A DNA stretch of 64,000 bases from Octopus bimaculoides (taxonomy: Eukaryota), in the NCBI RefSeq assembly GCF_001194135.2, contig NC_068990.1, positions 36,432,296 through 36,496,295 on the forward strand, given 5' to 3'. Below the pieces are notes generated by a model. That model saw only the letters and a list, made by a program, of their open reading frames with translations, had not been told where the DNA came from and did no database searches. Position numbers and translations under genes: made by a program. Positions 13,806-28,612 of this stretch are shown here, one piece after another; position 1 is the first letter of the stretch, and every line of letters begins with the position of its first letter.

Positions 13806-15791
13806 GGCTCTGTATGCGCACTCTAATGTGGCACTGGCACAAGTACTTTTTCCATACCACTGGCTTGATTAAGTATTTAGTAAACAAATAGCTTATTCAC
13901 TAGCTAGTTTGTAAATTTGTTATTTAAGACTACTGTATTAAAAGACAGAGAGTTAATAATGCAGCCACTTAATTGGGAGTAATGAAGAAAATAAGGGGCT
14001 GAAATTAAGCAAGTATAAATGGCTATACACAGCAACAAAACTCTAAGTATTCAATAAATAGTTCTAATTATTAACTAAACAATCAAGGGATGGGGATAGA
14101 TGACCTCTACTGCTATTACAAAACAACAGAACAAAAGGAAATGATTGGAGGCATGGATTCAATTACATAACTTAGGAAACCTTAATACCAGAAGCTGTTA
14201 CTCCATGTTGTTTTAAATAAATGAAGCTGTGTAAAGGATTAGTGGATAATAGGCTAATACCTCATGTAATGAAATTTAGAAACAAAATTCACAAATAAAG
14301 TGTTAAAGATTAAAAGTGAAGAAACACAGACTTTTAGGGTGAAAGAGCTAAAAAGAGTAAAAGAAGAAATAATGTAGAAATGAGGAATTGCAGGATTGAA
14401 ATTGCAAAAACAATTGGATAATTATCTTTGAGAATTGAGAATAATGCCATACAGGTAAAGGTAATTAACAATAAGGGTTAAAATTTTTTTTAAATTGATG
14501 ATTTTTCTAAGCTTACAAAGGGGCTTAGAGGAAGTCCTTATGGTTTGTGAAGAACACTTTTACCAAACATCCAGGTAAAGGGTTGATTATATATTGTTAT
14601 ACGCGGGATTAACATACACTCTGGTGCAGCACAGGTGAACATAAATATGTAACCATTCAGTGTTTATAAAGAGTTCTAGTTTGTATTTTTTTTTCTTTTA
14701 AACAAAGCAATAAAACACTTGTTAATTTCCATTGCTTCTACTGTTTTTATTTCAGGGTTAAATGACAGAACTTGGCCATTATGAATACAATTGAATAAGA
14801 ATAGTCAATGAGAGATCTGTTACATTGGCTGCCAAACTTCTTAGAAAGAGCTGTGAAGCCTTGAAATCATATTTTACACTCTTAAAACTAAATTAAAAAG
14901 ACGCATTAGATTTTCATAAAGATGAAGGATTTTGACTGAAATATCTTTAGCTCAATCAGAACTGATCTGGGTGTCAAACAACAACAATAAAGAACAAAGA
15001 AACGGTATCCTGGTTGAGTCAGAGATCTGACATATTAACCAATCAGCCAGCTACCACTCTCTCTCTCTCTCTCTCTCTTTCAGTTTTCTCTCACTCATCG
15101 TTATATCAGGTTATAAAACTTCTTGTACGTCATATTGAATAATAAATCATTTAGAAACATGAAAAATAAAAAAAAAATACATCAAATTATACAAAAGAAT
15201 AAAATTTGAAAAAAAAACAAAACAAAACAAAAACATCTCTTAAAAAGGAGAAAAAAGAGACAATTGATGATATTCTTTGCCAATATATATAATTCTTTGG
15301 TTAAAAATCAATTCTTGTTTCTTCTCTGGAAAATTACAAGACTGTAAAATCATTATTTGGCAGTGAATAAAATGCATTATTGCCGCAAACAATTTTTTAT
15401 TCATTTTCTGTTTTTTCTCTATATATTTCCTGAAACAGAAAAAAAAACCCCAAAAAACAAGAGAAAATCAAATAAATAAAAATGCAAATTGCAATGTTGT
15501 TTATTTGATAATTATATGTATNNNNNNNNNNNNNNNNNNNNNNNNNNNNNNNNNNNNNNNNNNNNNNNNNNNNNNNNNNNNNNNNNNNNNNNNNNNNNNN
15601 NNNNNNNNNNNNNNNNNNNNNNNNNNNNNNNNNNNNNNNNNNNNNNNNNNNNNNNNNNNNNNNNNNNNNNNNNNNNNNNNNNNNNNNNNNNNNNNNNNNN
15701 NNNNNNNNNNNNNNNNNNNNNNNNNNNNNNNNNNNNNNNNNNNNNNNNNNNNNNNNNNNNNNNNNNNNNNNNNNNNNNNNNNNNNNNNNNN

Positions 15792-15835
<44 letters not shown>

Positions 15836-16399
15836 AGGTTGTTATTTTTTTCTTTGGTATTTGATTTGTCCAAAGAAATTCAATAAAAAAATTTGTAATA
15901 TTAGATATTATAAGTAATTCCAGTATGTATATATATGTATACGTATGTATGTATGCACATGTGTTTATTTTTATGAACTAGTTATATTTTTTAACTTTTT
16001 TTGCCAATACTAAAAGAACTGGTCTCTAACCTAGAATCAAGTCTCCTTTATTGGAAAATAGACAACATCAACTAAGTAGCCATATTTGTATATTATGTAT
16101 GTAAATTATATATGTATATTATGGATGTATATCTGTATTCATTTTGTACTTAGCGAATTCTTAAGACTGTTGAGAATGTGTTTTACAAAAGAAAAAAGTG
16201 GTAAACGCGTATGTGGTAATTCTCAACTGTTCTCAGTTTTTTGCAAAAAATATTGACCAGAATTATTCATGGTAGGCTCATTCAACATGTGATATTCCTT
16301 CTTTCTGAGTGTCAATCAGGATCTTTACACAGGACAACAAAACAAGTCACATGATTTTTTTCCCCATTCATCTATTACTAGAAAATGCACTGAGCAGGG

Positions 16400-17330
16400 A
16401 GATAATCTCTATCATTGCTTTGCTGACTGCACTAACGACATTGATTTAGGGCATCATGATGCATAATGCCCAATTCTCATAAAATTTAGCTGTTCTAATC
16501 TGTTTACATACATTATCAAGTCCTTTGATGATGGTATGAGAGTGTTCTCCTTGTCTATTGACTATATACTTCACAAGACTGCTCTGAAGGCATTTATATA
16601 TATATATATTACCACATAACAGATGAGTTATTAAATCTCAAATAGCTTCATTCTAAATCACTCACTGTTGTGTCTTTGATTAGAGACCTCATACTCTAGT
16701 GAATACAATGGTGCTGTCTTAAGGCATGAGGACACTAGGCCACTGCCTGGGGACCTCATGAGTCAAGGGATCCAATTCTGATCCATGTATTGTGTGATTT
16801 ATTTCCTAGTGGGGTATGGCTCTGTTGAATATCTCTCTCTGTCTACCAATAGAGTGGAAATTCTTCTACTGGCATCTGGAAACATTTCTAATTACAGCCG
16901 GGGGTTGGCTCAAGTTTCTAAAGATATAAAGATATTCCTTATTAGACTTTATGTAGAAGTAGTACTTACCTCTTTTGAGTCTTTGAATGTTATCCAGGAA
17001 GTTAACCTTTCTTGAGATGGTGACAACAATTATAGTTAGGTCAAATTCTTTGAAAACAATTGATAATATTCTTTATGAAGTTATCCATGGTGTGTTGTTC
17101 ATATGGTTTAAGATTACCATGCCATCATCCCTGTACGGAGCTGATTTGTAGGGTGTGTACATATTTTATGGTACTCAAGATGAATAATCTATCAAGATTA
17201 GTGACTCCTTTTGTGTGAAGCTTTTCATGGGTACACTGAATAGTAAGTCAACTTTCACCCAATAGGAATCATTTTAAAACAGGTATGACTTCCTGGCATT
17301 CAGCCCTGGGGGCTTCTGTCCAGAAAATGT
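16400..17330 (-). mobile_element. Penelope-like element reverse transcriptase relic
   Basis: Minus-strand translation gives PYRDDGMV (~17121-17140), VFKEFDLTIIV, KVNFLD (~16992-17010) and LSQPPAVIRN, matching PLE motifs GLYRDDGL, VNFLD and SNHPP; interrupted by stops. Confidence 0.75.
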
Positions 17331-17379
17331 AGTTGCTAAAATTAAAATAGCTGCAGAAATTTCAAAAAGCTATTATCTT

Positions 17380-17835
17380 TGTTAGCAACAACCGTTCCCT
17401 CTCTCTGAATGAAAGGCAAATTATAAGCAAGGCTACATGGTAGGGAAACGTAGATCATGAATGTGGAGGATATGCTAAGACTAGAGAGGAATGAAGCTAT
17501 TAGGCTCTGTTGGTTGTGTGATGTCAGTGTGCATGTATGACAAAGTGTTGATATGCTGAGAGAAAAGTTTGACATAAAAAGAATCAGATGTAGTCTGTAA
17601 GAGAGAAGACAGTGTTGGTTTGGTCATGTGATGTTTATGGATAGAACAGTTCAATAAGGATGTGCTGTTCATTTAAACTGAATGGAAATGGTGGCAGAGG
17701 GAAACCTAGGAAGATATGATAAGACAAAGAACTGAAAGTTGATATCAGGATTCTGAGCCTTACAAAGATGACAGAGGACTGAGATAAGTGGTGATTAGCT
17801 GTGCTCAAGAAAACCCATCCATCACAGCAAAACGA
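17380..17835 (+). mobile_element. Decayed RTE LINE ORF C-terminus
   Basis: EDMLRLERNEA, LREKFDIKRIRC, CWFGHV and GRGKPRK, homologous to ORF 51538-52044. Confidence 0.82.
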
Positions 17836-19056
17836 TATCCTAAAACTACTTGGTATGCTTGTATATAGAGCCCTGCCACGACTCCCCCTCTCTCGCTCTT
17901 TGTCCTGTAAAGCACTTCTCCCAATTCTTATCCTCAATCACCTATCAATTATCTATGGTACTACTCAGCTGCCATAAATACTTTGAGAGCAGAAGTAATA
18001 CACATTAAACCACCCCCATTTCTGGTTACCTCCTTCTTCTCTTCCCCCTTAGGAACCCGTGTCATTCCTCAATATCCTCAATGCCTATGCTATTTCCACC
18101 AGTCATCTCCTTGCCCTGCTTTCAGCCATTGATCTCTCCCCTTCACCATACACCATTCTCAACACCTCTCTTATCAGCTAATATTCACAATGCTCTCTCT
18201 CATATCTTTCATCATACCCCACTTACTATAGCCCCTTATGTACCACTATATCTTCCCCTCTCCATAGCTCCTACACCTTGCACATCATCTCATACTTTCG
18301 ATCTATTCCCCTTCCCGAACCACTCTCAAATTACTCCTCTCCATCCTTGTATTTTCTTCAACAGCATCTCCATCCTTGTTCACCACACTTGAAATTTACC
18401 TTTACCCTCATCTTTAATCATCTGTTACTCTACACTCACTCTCTTATGAAAGAATCCCCTCTCTCATCTTCTCCTGCCACCTACTGTCTGTATCCTCTCT
18501 TATGCTCACCCTCTTGTACCATGTGAGTTTGCTCTAGCACCTCATCACTACTATTCTTTTATCTCCTTCAGTCATGTATTTCCCCCACAACAAGACACCT
18601 GTGCTTGCCCCTCTATCATACTTTAGCCTTGTAACATCTTGCACAGAGCCATCCCCCTCCACTTTCTTCAAACAAATACTCCTCCCTTCATTGTAGTTAT
18701 AGCTTCTTTCTTTTCCTTTTGCCCTGTTCTCTTTCTATCTTGTAAGTTTACACAGCAACCTCACTAGTGCCAGTGGCACGAAAGAAAAACAAAAAGGCAT
18801 CCAGTCAACTCTGTAAAGTGGTTGGCATTACATAAGGCATCCAGCAATAAAAAAAAAGAAACCCAGCCAAAGCTTATGCTGAAGCTTCATATGGCTTTGC
18901 AGCTTACTGGATTCCATCAAAATGTCCAGGCCATGTGTGCATGGAGAATGGATGTTAAATGATGACGATGATGATGACGTGTGTGCGTGTGTGTGTGTGT
19001 ATACATACATGTAGATAAATATATATACATACGTTGTATATGTGTACATGTACGTG

Positions 19057-19110
<54 letters not shown>

Positions 19111-19246
19111 ACCATATATATATATGTATACACACATACACACATACATATACATTTGTGTGTGTGTGCATCAAAATTATTGATAAAGGAAGATATATAT
19201 AATAAATAAGATATACATAATCTATATGACATAATATGTATATCAA

Positions 19247-19298
<52 letters not shown>

Positions 19299-19317
19299 AG
19301 TGTGTGAGTGTGTGTGA

Positions 19318-19351
<34 letters not shown>

Positions 19352-19989
19352 GTGTGTGTGCATAAATTCATACATACTAGAATACATGTGCACATACACA
19401 CACGCATACATTCCAATGTATAAAACACATTCAAAGTAAGAGAAAAATAATTGCAAAATGAAAGACATGAACTTTTGTGATGTTTTGCATTTTTCACTTT
19501 AGTTGAGATGAAAAAAAATATATACAGAAACAATTAAAAACCATAAGTAATAAAGATAAGAGAGACAAAAAAAAATCACAAAAGATAGGATATACAAAAA
19601 AATATATAACTTTTTAATCTGAAAATAAAGGGTCAGGAACAGTGTGTGCTAGAAAATAGCAATACCAATTTTGAAAATTATAGGGAAGATAGAAAAAAAA
19701 TCCAATAATTATGAATGAATATAAAAAAATAACAATCAATAAAACATTTAAGGGAAAAAGGGAGTCATATCAATGAAAATATAAAGGTGAAAGAGTGCAA
19801 TTAGAAATATATACAATTGTCTGTGTGAGTGCATGTGAGTATGTGTGTGTGTGTGCGTGTGTGTGTGTGCGCGCATGTATGTATGTGTATATGTATTTAA
19901 ATATGTATAGATAAATAGATAGATAGATGCACACATACATTCATTTTTGTGTATATATGTGGGTGGCTGTATATTTGTATATATGCTTC

Positions 19990-20116
<127 letters not shown>

Positions 20117-20386
20117 TAGATAGATAGACATACAAATAGATATATCAGAAAGAGAAATCTTGTTTTGTTTAATAATAGGGGGTAAAGGCTTATAACCATA
20201 GATCAAATCTGGTTGTGATGGGATCACAGACTTTTGACAGCTTGGCTATTATAATATTACAAGATATGTAGATATGAGATTTGTGATTATTTCTTGGACA
20301 GACATGTACATACACTCACACACACATATGTATATATATATATATATATATATGCGTATGTGTGTGTTTGAGAGAGAGAGAGAGTG

Positions 20387-20440
<54 letters not shown>

Positions 20441-20979
20441 GACATACATATATAAACATACATACACATATAGATAGATACACTCAAATATATGTACACA
20501 CACACACACACACACATATGCATATATATTATATCTATATAATATATATATAGCATATATATTATATAGTGTAATACATACATGAACACACACATATACA
20601 TACATACATGCATACATACATATATACACACACATTTATACGTAAACAGAAATTCAACTTTACTTAAGTGCACTCAATACATGGTGGAGACTTTATATTA
20701 TATCTCCAAAGTCAGTATTACTATCAATTTATACGCAATTTATCTTATGTTTTGTGAGTGGAGGTCAGTGATGTTAATTCTAAGCTGGTCCTCATTGTGC
20801 AAGGTTGCCAGTTTTGTTGAAAATATTGCAGACCTTTCAATTAAGAGAAGCTATCTAAGGCAAGCCCCTGGTTGTAAACATTGGGAATTGTTCCTCACAG
20901 TTCACTGGACTTGACTTCTATGAATCTGTGTTAGCCTGGAGTAACAGCACTCTGGAATATTTTCTGAAGCAATTTCTTC

Positions 20980-21200
20980 TAGTTATGACAGTTAAATAAT
21001 ATTTTAGACTTCTGGTTGAGGGACATCATTGGTTAATTCTGTATATGAAACTTCTCAGTGAGACAACGTCTGCAATTTCATGATTCATTGATGTATGAGT
21101 TTGTGTTATCAATAACATTCCATGAATTTGGAGAACATTTACCTCCTTCGTTTACAAGCTTCCTTTGCAGGTGTCATTTTAAGCAAATTGTATATTAAGC
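20980..21200 (-). mobile_element. Penelope-like GIY-YIG endonuclease C-terminal relic
   Basis: Minus-strand WNVIDNTNSYINES*NCRRCLTEKFHI...LNQKSKILFNCH resembles the PLE C-terminal W.I....Y....C.LCL.EK...LN.RSE...CRH motif. Confidence 0.6.
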
Positions 21201-22559
21201 CTTTTGATACCAACCTGCCTGGAATTACCATTGGATCTTTGATATAAATTCCCAGTTTTAAAGAGATCTAAATTAAAACCTTTCATCAGAATTTCATGTT
21301 AATTTATGTTCCAAACACCTGTTTATTAAAAACAGTTATTTCATTAAATCCTTAATTATTTTCAAAATTAATTGAAACAAAGGCAGGATATCTTAACAAA
21401 AATATGGTATCAAAAGGCTTAGATACCTGTGATACCCCAAGATAGTATGGGCAAAAAATTATGAGGGACTCACAGCAAATACTTCAAAGAATAGTTTTAA
21501 TCAGTATCTTCCCTCATTTAAAACAATAAACACAGAAAACTAAGAATGCCTAATGAAAAAATGGTGTGCAATATTTGGTGCAGTATTTGTAAACTTATTG
21601 GACTGAATTTATGCCTTGGGTTCCATTTGAGTAATTTCTCCTTCTTACTGTTTAATTCAACCCTTTAACATTCAAACTGGCAATATTTGGCCCATATATT
21701 CTACCAGTTTTCTATTCAAACTGACCAGATCAGGACTTTCACACCTCCTTTACAATGCCATTCTAAACATAAACAAACACATCATCAAAATCTCAAAGCT
21801 ACATGGTAATGTATGATTAATTCAAAATAATAGGATAATAAATAAACATTTCTTTTAACAGCATTACTTCTCAACAACAATCTCATTTTCACTTACAAAT
21901 ATATACAGGGGCATGTGGTAATTAGACATTAAACTGCAACTGAAGCATTCTACTGTGTATATTCTTTTATTCTTTTACTCATTTCAGTCATTTGACTGTG
22001 GCCACACAAAAACACTACCTTGTGTGCTTACATACACACTCTCACATGCACACACACACTCATGCGCACACACACACACATGCACATACACACACGCCTA
22101 CACGCACACATATATACGTATGCGCACACACATACACAGATTTCATCATTTTATGTTTGCTTTCTATGCTGACATGTGTTGGACACTTCAACAGGATCCA
22201 GTGTACTAGAGGACTACATCTTGTTGAAATGTTATAGCTTTGGCATGGTTTCTATGTCTGGATAATCTTCAAAATGCCAGCCAGTTTTACAGAGGGTATT
22301 GGGTGTGTTCATTTGTGCTATCCACCCAACAGAAGTCCTTCCTCAATGCACCGAACCCCTTTATATAGCGTACTGTCTGTTTTTTCATAAAAGCCCAAGC
22401 TCTAAATACATTACCTTGTCATTCACAAAGTTCAAGGAACCCCCTAAAAAAATCGAAAATAAGAAGGAGGGAAGGTTGAGAAGTTAATGTGTGATAGGAG
22501 AAATGGGTTTATTGCTACGAGATGGTGCTAGTGTCGAGGCTAAGAGAGATCCTGTTATA

Positions 22560-22900
22560 GATAGGACAGGATTAAGACCCATCGAGGCCTCATAAAAGAT
22601 TATGTAATTCAAAATATAAACAATAACAAACCATAAAATAAATATTTATTTTTCAAAACAAAACAAAACAGTAAAAGGGAAAAGATTTCTCCTACTTTTT
22701 TGAATTGCAAAGTCTTTGATCAGGTCCTCAAAATTAATCTTAGGTAACACATCTGCATCTATACTTAGTAGAGATAAAGGCATCTCGAATAACATTTTAG
22801 CAAGTTTAAAATGATTTCTTTTGTACCATAAACCATTTACCATTTCTGTGGTGCCCTCTCCTTCCTTTGATGCCCTAAGCATGTGCTTATTTTGCTTAAT
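22560..22900 (-). mobile_element. hAT transposase C-terminal (dimerisation domain) relic
   Basis: ORF 22646-22882 ends LSLLSIDADVLPKINFEDLIKDFAIQKSRR, typical of the hAT/ZMYM1-like C-terminus. Confidence 0.72.
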
Positions 22901-22935
22901 GGTTAATCCAGTGCTGGTTATATAACTGGGTATTA

Positions 22936-24146
22936 TTAGGTTGTTCCAAAAATAATGGTCGATTTCAGAATCATAATTTTATTCTAGAATAATTTACAAT
23001 AGAAATGTTTACATTAGTCAAAATATAAGCCATGAACATTTCTGCCACCAATCAATGAGATTATTTATGCCTCATAGATAAAAATTTATTGGCTTTGATG
23101 CTAAGAAATCTTTGAAAGCTGATTCCACATGTTTAAATGCTTAAAAAATGGTAGTCAGTGGGTAAAAGATCAGGAGAATATGGATGATGTGGTAAAGTCA
23201 AGTATCCCAAGTCTGTGAGTTTCTGCGGCATCATTCTTGCAAAATGTGGCTTTGCATTATCATGGAGTAGAATTAGACCATGTCGATTCACCAATACAGG
23301 TCTCATTTTTTGCAAGTGAGCATGCATTTCAGCGAGTTGATTGCAGTAAACCTCTGCTGTAATGCTCTGATTGGCTTCCAGAAACCTGTAATGGACAACA
23401 CCAATTGCAGACCACCAGACAGTCACCATAATCGTTTGCCGATGCAACTTTGGCTTTGGGAAATGCTTGGGGGACTCATCACGATCAAGCCATTGGCCTG
23501 ATCATTTACGGTTATCATAAAGGATCCACTTTCCATCACAAGTGACTATTTGATCAAGAAAAAAGGATCATTGATGCTTTGCAGAAAGAGCATTGGGCAC
23601 ACTTCAAAATGCCAAACATTTTGATCTTCATTTGATTTTCATTGAGTTCTTCTGCAGATTGCATGAAGCTGTTGCAATACTGACACCAAGTGCCTGAGGC
23701 ATTTCTCTGACACTTTGACATGGGTTTTGTTCAACAATTGCTTTCAATTGTTCATTGTCAAGACTGCATGCTTGTCCTCTACCTTCTTCTTCTTCAAGGC
23801 TCTCATCACCATAACAGAATTTCTGAAACCACCTTCATACTATGCGATCACTTGTGGACCCCTCTCTCCATGCTCTGTTGATATTGGCAGCAGTTTGGGA
23901 GGCATTGTGTCCAAGCTTGAACTCATGCAAGAAAAGTAAGCGGAGGTCCTATTTTGGCATGTTTATAATTAAGAGTGCCTATGCTTCAAGAACGTTTTCT
24001 GTCTGAAATAAGTAGAAAATGATCAAAGAGAATGCATCAATTACTAAGTATGTTGAAATTCACCTAAGATATAATTAAAATACTATGATAAAATTGCATT
24101 TCAAAACACAACACTTAGAGCAGCCATTATTTTCAGAACAACCTAA
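22936..24146 (-). mobile_element. Full-length decayed mariner transposon (Hsmar1/cecropia-like)
   Basis: TIRs ttaggttgttccaaaaataatggtc and gccattattttcagaacaacctaa, each flanked by TA (22934-22935, 24147-24148). Confidence 0.93.
23014..23960 (-). pseudogene. Mariner transposase pseudogene
   Basis: LFLHEFKLGHNASQTAANIN...WFQKFCYGDESLEEEEGRG; MVTVWWSAIGVVHY; LLHDNAKPH; HPYSPDLLPTDYHFL; stops and frameshifts. Confidence 0.93.
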
Positions 24147-25354
24147 TAGAAGAGAAAGAGAAAGATTAGTGCTTGGGGTTGGTGATAGAGAGTCAGGGAA
24201 TAATAAGGAAGAGAGCAGAGTGGGCGAAAAAATAAAGGATTCAGAACTACCCCAAGTAGTATATAAGTAGGTGGAGTGGTTGGTCAGGTATACAAAGAAC
24301 TGGTAAAGGTGGTTAAAAGTTATAGCATGTGAGGTGGGGAGCCTGCATAACAGATAAAAAGAAGAGGATAGAGGTGACCAGAGGTACAAAAAGGGGTGAA
24401 AGTAATGTGTGTGTATGTGGGTGTGGGTGTGTGTGTGCATGTGTGTTTGTGTGTATGTGTGTGTATATAGGTACAAAAGGGCTGGCACCAAGAGAGGTAT
24501 CCAATTGTAAAGCATTGCCTCAAAAATTCCAGCCAACCTAAAAATGTGGTCATTGTTGATGAAGATGATGATGATGATATGCGTGTGTTTATGTACACAT
24601 GTGAGTGTGTGTGTGTTCGTGCGCGCGCGCGTGTGTTTATACACATACTATGTTTTATCTCGTTTTCTGCTGGGCCTTCAATCTCTACACAGATTGAGAA
24701 TAGCAACATATAAAAATAACAACAAAATACAATCAAACAAAAAAAACAACATATATATATATAAAAAAAAAAAGAGACATCTTTATGATGACCTTTCACC
24801 TGGTATATTTCAATAATATTTGGTGATTGGGTAGGAATGGAGGTTGGCCGTGGGGCTGGTGGGTGGTAGTGGGGGCATAAATTGTGTATGCATATGTTTG
24901 TGTATGTAAGTGTATATGAGATTGTGCACATCCATGCATGTATGTATTTATTTGTCTGCATGTTTACGAGAATGAGAGATTTTGTGACGAGAGGGAGGGA
25001 GAAAGAGAAAGAGAGAGGGAGGGAGGGAGAGAGAGAGAGGGAGAGAGAGAGAAATATAAAGAGAGAGAGAGAGGATGGAGGTTGACATTAGAGTAATGGA
25101 GGCGTTATTNNNNNNNNNNNNNNNNNNNNNNNNNNNNNNNNNNNNNNNNNNNNNNNNNNNNNNNNNNNNNNNNNNNNNNNNNNNNNNNNNNNNNNNNNNN
25201 NNNNNNNNNNNNNNNNNNNNNNNNNNNNNNNNNNNNNNNNNNNNNNNNNNNNNNNNNNNNNNNNNNNNNNNNNNNNNNNNNNNNNNNNNNNNNNNNNNNN
25301 NNNNNNNNNNNNNNNNNNNNNNNNNNNNNNNNNNNNNNNNNNNNNNNNNNNNNN

Positions 25355-25399
<45 letters not shown>

Positions 25400-25606
25400 C
25401 ATACACATACACACATCTATATATCATCATCATCATCATCATTTAACGTCCGTTATCCATGCTGGCATGGGTTGGACGGTTTGACTGGGCTGGCACACCA
25501 GAAGGCTGCGCCAGGCTCCAGTCTGATGCATGCATGCACACATATATACATACATACATACATGTGTACATACGTACATATATATACATACAAATATATA
25601 TACATG

Positions 25607-25707
<101 letters not shown>

Positions 25708-25976
25708 ATATGTATGTATGTTGATTGTTTATTCTGTCCTGGTTTCACTTTGGCAGTTACTGTTATATTTGTGGTGGTGTGTTAATATCTAATCAGGTTG
25801 TTGTTGTTGTTGTTGTCATAGTTGTTGTAGCACTTGCTGTTGCTTTTTAGCAGCAGCAGTAGCAGCCATAGCAATGACAGTGGTGGCAAAGGTAGTAGTA
25901 GTAGTAGAGGGTTATGTTGTTGTTGGTGGCGGTGGTGGCATAGGTGGCGGTGGGGTGGCAGCAGCAGTGATGATGT

Positions 25977-26007
<31 letters not shown>

Positions 26008-26025
26008 TGTAGTAGTAGTAGCAGC

Positions 26026-26063
<38 letters not shown>

Positions 26064-26600
26064 GAGTAGTAGTTGCCGTGGTGGTGGTTGATGTGATAAC
26101 TGTTATTGTGGTAGTTCCCTCCAGCTTCCTTATCTCTGCCTACACTCCCCCCCAGCTACACAAATATACTAAATCATAAGTTGCTATATTAACAAAACAA
26201 CACAAACAATAAAAATTATCACAATAAAACAATAAAACAATACTTGTCATTTGAACATTTAATTTGGTGCTCAAATACTTCACCAAAGAACACAGGCACT
26301 AACAAGTGTACACATATACATGCTATATGCTATTTGTGTGTGTATATGCATATGTTTGCATATATACATATACATATACACACATGCAAATATACATACA
26401 AATATATACATAAACACATATATATATGCATGCATATATACATAGACACACTTATATATAATATATAATATATATATATATAATATATAATATATATATA
26501 TATAATATATAATATATAATATATATATATATATATATACACATATATATAGACATACATATATATATATATATATATATCTTTAGACACATATATATAG

Positions 26601-26645
<45 letters not shown>

Positions 26646-27164
26646 GAAAAATCATGTGTACAATGTAAAGATCGTTATGACACACACATATAAAATATGT
26701 GTATGTGAGCATGAGGTGTGTTTCTATGTGTGTGCATGTGTATATTTTCACCAACAGCTGTACCCACACACACACACACACACACACACATGCATACTCA
26801 CAAATATATTCAATCAAATAAACATATATATACATATGCTCATGCACTGTGCATTGTTACGTTGGGACCTCATTTCCTAATGGTGTTGAATGGCCACTAC
26901 AGTGATATAGCATGTGATTTTGGGCAATTTTACACACATGACAGAACCCATCTCTCTGTCTAGATCTGAAGGCATGGATGTGTAGTTAAAAAGCCCTTTC
27001 TGCAATCATGCACTTTCAGTCTCAGTCCTACACTACAGTACCTTGGGCAGGTGTCTTCCACTATAGCTCTGGGTTGACCAATGGACAGTGAGTAAATGTA
27101 GTAGAGAGAAACTGTGAGAGTCTTCATGTTTGTTTTGTGGTTGTCCCCTCAACACTCAGAATCT

Positions 27165-27365
27165 GATTTCAAATTTTAGAACAAGACTAGCAATTTTGGG
27201 TGAGTTGGTAAGTCAATTACATCAACCCCAGCTTTTAACTGGTACTCATTTTAAAGACCCTAGAAGGTTAAAAGGCAAAGTAAACATCAGCGGAATTTGA
27301 ACTCAGAACATAATGATGAATGAAATGTCATTAAGTATTTTGTCCAGTTTGTTACTGATGCCTTT
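27165..27365 (-). mobile_element. Family-D tRNA SINE, decayed
   Basis: aactggtactcattttaaagaccctagaaggttaaaaggcaaagt...gcggaatttgaactcagaac. Confidence 0.75.
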
Positions 27366-27393
27366 TCATCACTCAATAATTGGTGTTGGTTTA

Positions 27394-27552
27394 GCAGTGG
27401 CTGTGTGGTAAGTAGCTTACTTACCAACCACATGGTTCTGGGTTCAGTCCCACTGCGGGGCACCTTAGGGAAGTGTCTTCTACTATAGCCTTAGGCTGAC
27501 CAAAGCCTTGTGAGTGGATCTGGTAGACAAAAACTGAAAGAAGCCTGTTGTG

Positions 27553-27590
<38 letters not shown>

Positions 27591-27895
27591 TATATATATA
27601 TATATGTGTGTGTGCGTGTGTATTTTTGTGTGTCTGTGTCTGTACTCCCAACATAGCTTGACAACCGATGCTGATGTGTTTACATCCTTGTAACTTAGTG
27701 GTTCTGCAAAAGAGATTGATAGAATAAGTACTAGGCTTACAAAGAATAAGTCCTGGGCTCGATTTGCTCATAAATTAGAAAGTACCAGACTTAAAAGGAA
27801 TAAGCATTGGAATCAATTTCCTTGACTAAACCCTCAAAGACGGTGCTTCAGCAAGGGCACAGTTCAATGATAGAAAAAAGGAAATGATAAAAGAG
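27394..27895 (+). mobile_element. Near-complete family-B tRNA/CORE SINE
   Basis: Head, CORE, internal (TA)n(TG)n and tail co-linear with 34495-34925, plus a short insertion in the tail. Confidence 0.88.
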
Positions 27896-28430
27896 ACAAA
27901 AGAAACACTGACAGAAAGACAAAAATAGAAAGAATAACTCTGAAGAATCAAGGACAGACATTTTATGGAGCCTGATAGGATGTAAAGCAAAGTTCATCTC
28001 AATGGGATTTGAACTCAGAGCATAGAAAACTGGAACAAAATCTGTGAAGGAATCTATACTATCAACGCTCTACTGACTCAGACAATTTTCTGCCTCATAT
28101 TCTTTTCTTTTTCTTTCTCTGGCTTCAGTCATAGAACTGCAGCTGTACTGGGACACCACTTTCCCCATTAACTATACCATAAGGTATAAGATGGTTACAA
28201 GTTGTATTGCTACTTTACTGGCTAAGGCAGGCAAGCCCACCTTGCCTTTGAAAAGAATGCTGGTCCGTTGCAGAGTTATACAATCGCAGGTGAGTGAACT
28301 GGAGCAATGTGAAATGAAGTGTTTTGCTCAAGAACACAATGTGTTGCTGATATGAGAATCGAAGCTATGATCATGCAATTATGAGGGCAACACACTAAAC
28401 ACATGCCCACAAGCCTTCAAATATATATTG

Positions 28431-28495
<65 letters not shown>

Positions 28496-28560
28496 GCATA
28501 CACATAAATAGATAGGTAGATAAATAGATAGATAGATAGTTACATACATACATATATACT

Positions 28561-28612
<52 letters not shown>

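Noticed and set aside
14508-14790. Plus-strand exon pair (…CCAG|GTAAAG, tttatttcag|GGTT)
   Set aside because: The downstream exon closes within 2-9 codons in all frames and the upstream acceptor is weak
18000-18760. Possible LINE relic in a pyrimidine-rich tract
   Set aside because: No diagnostic motif could be read on either strand
21283-21289. Minus-strand CUGAUGA next to the PLE relic (also 13035-13041)
   Set aside because: No matching GAAAC, stem III or stem I; a 7-mer is expected by chance
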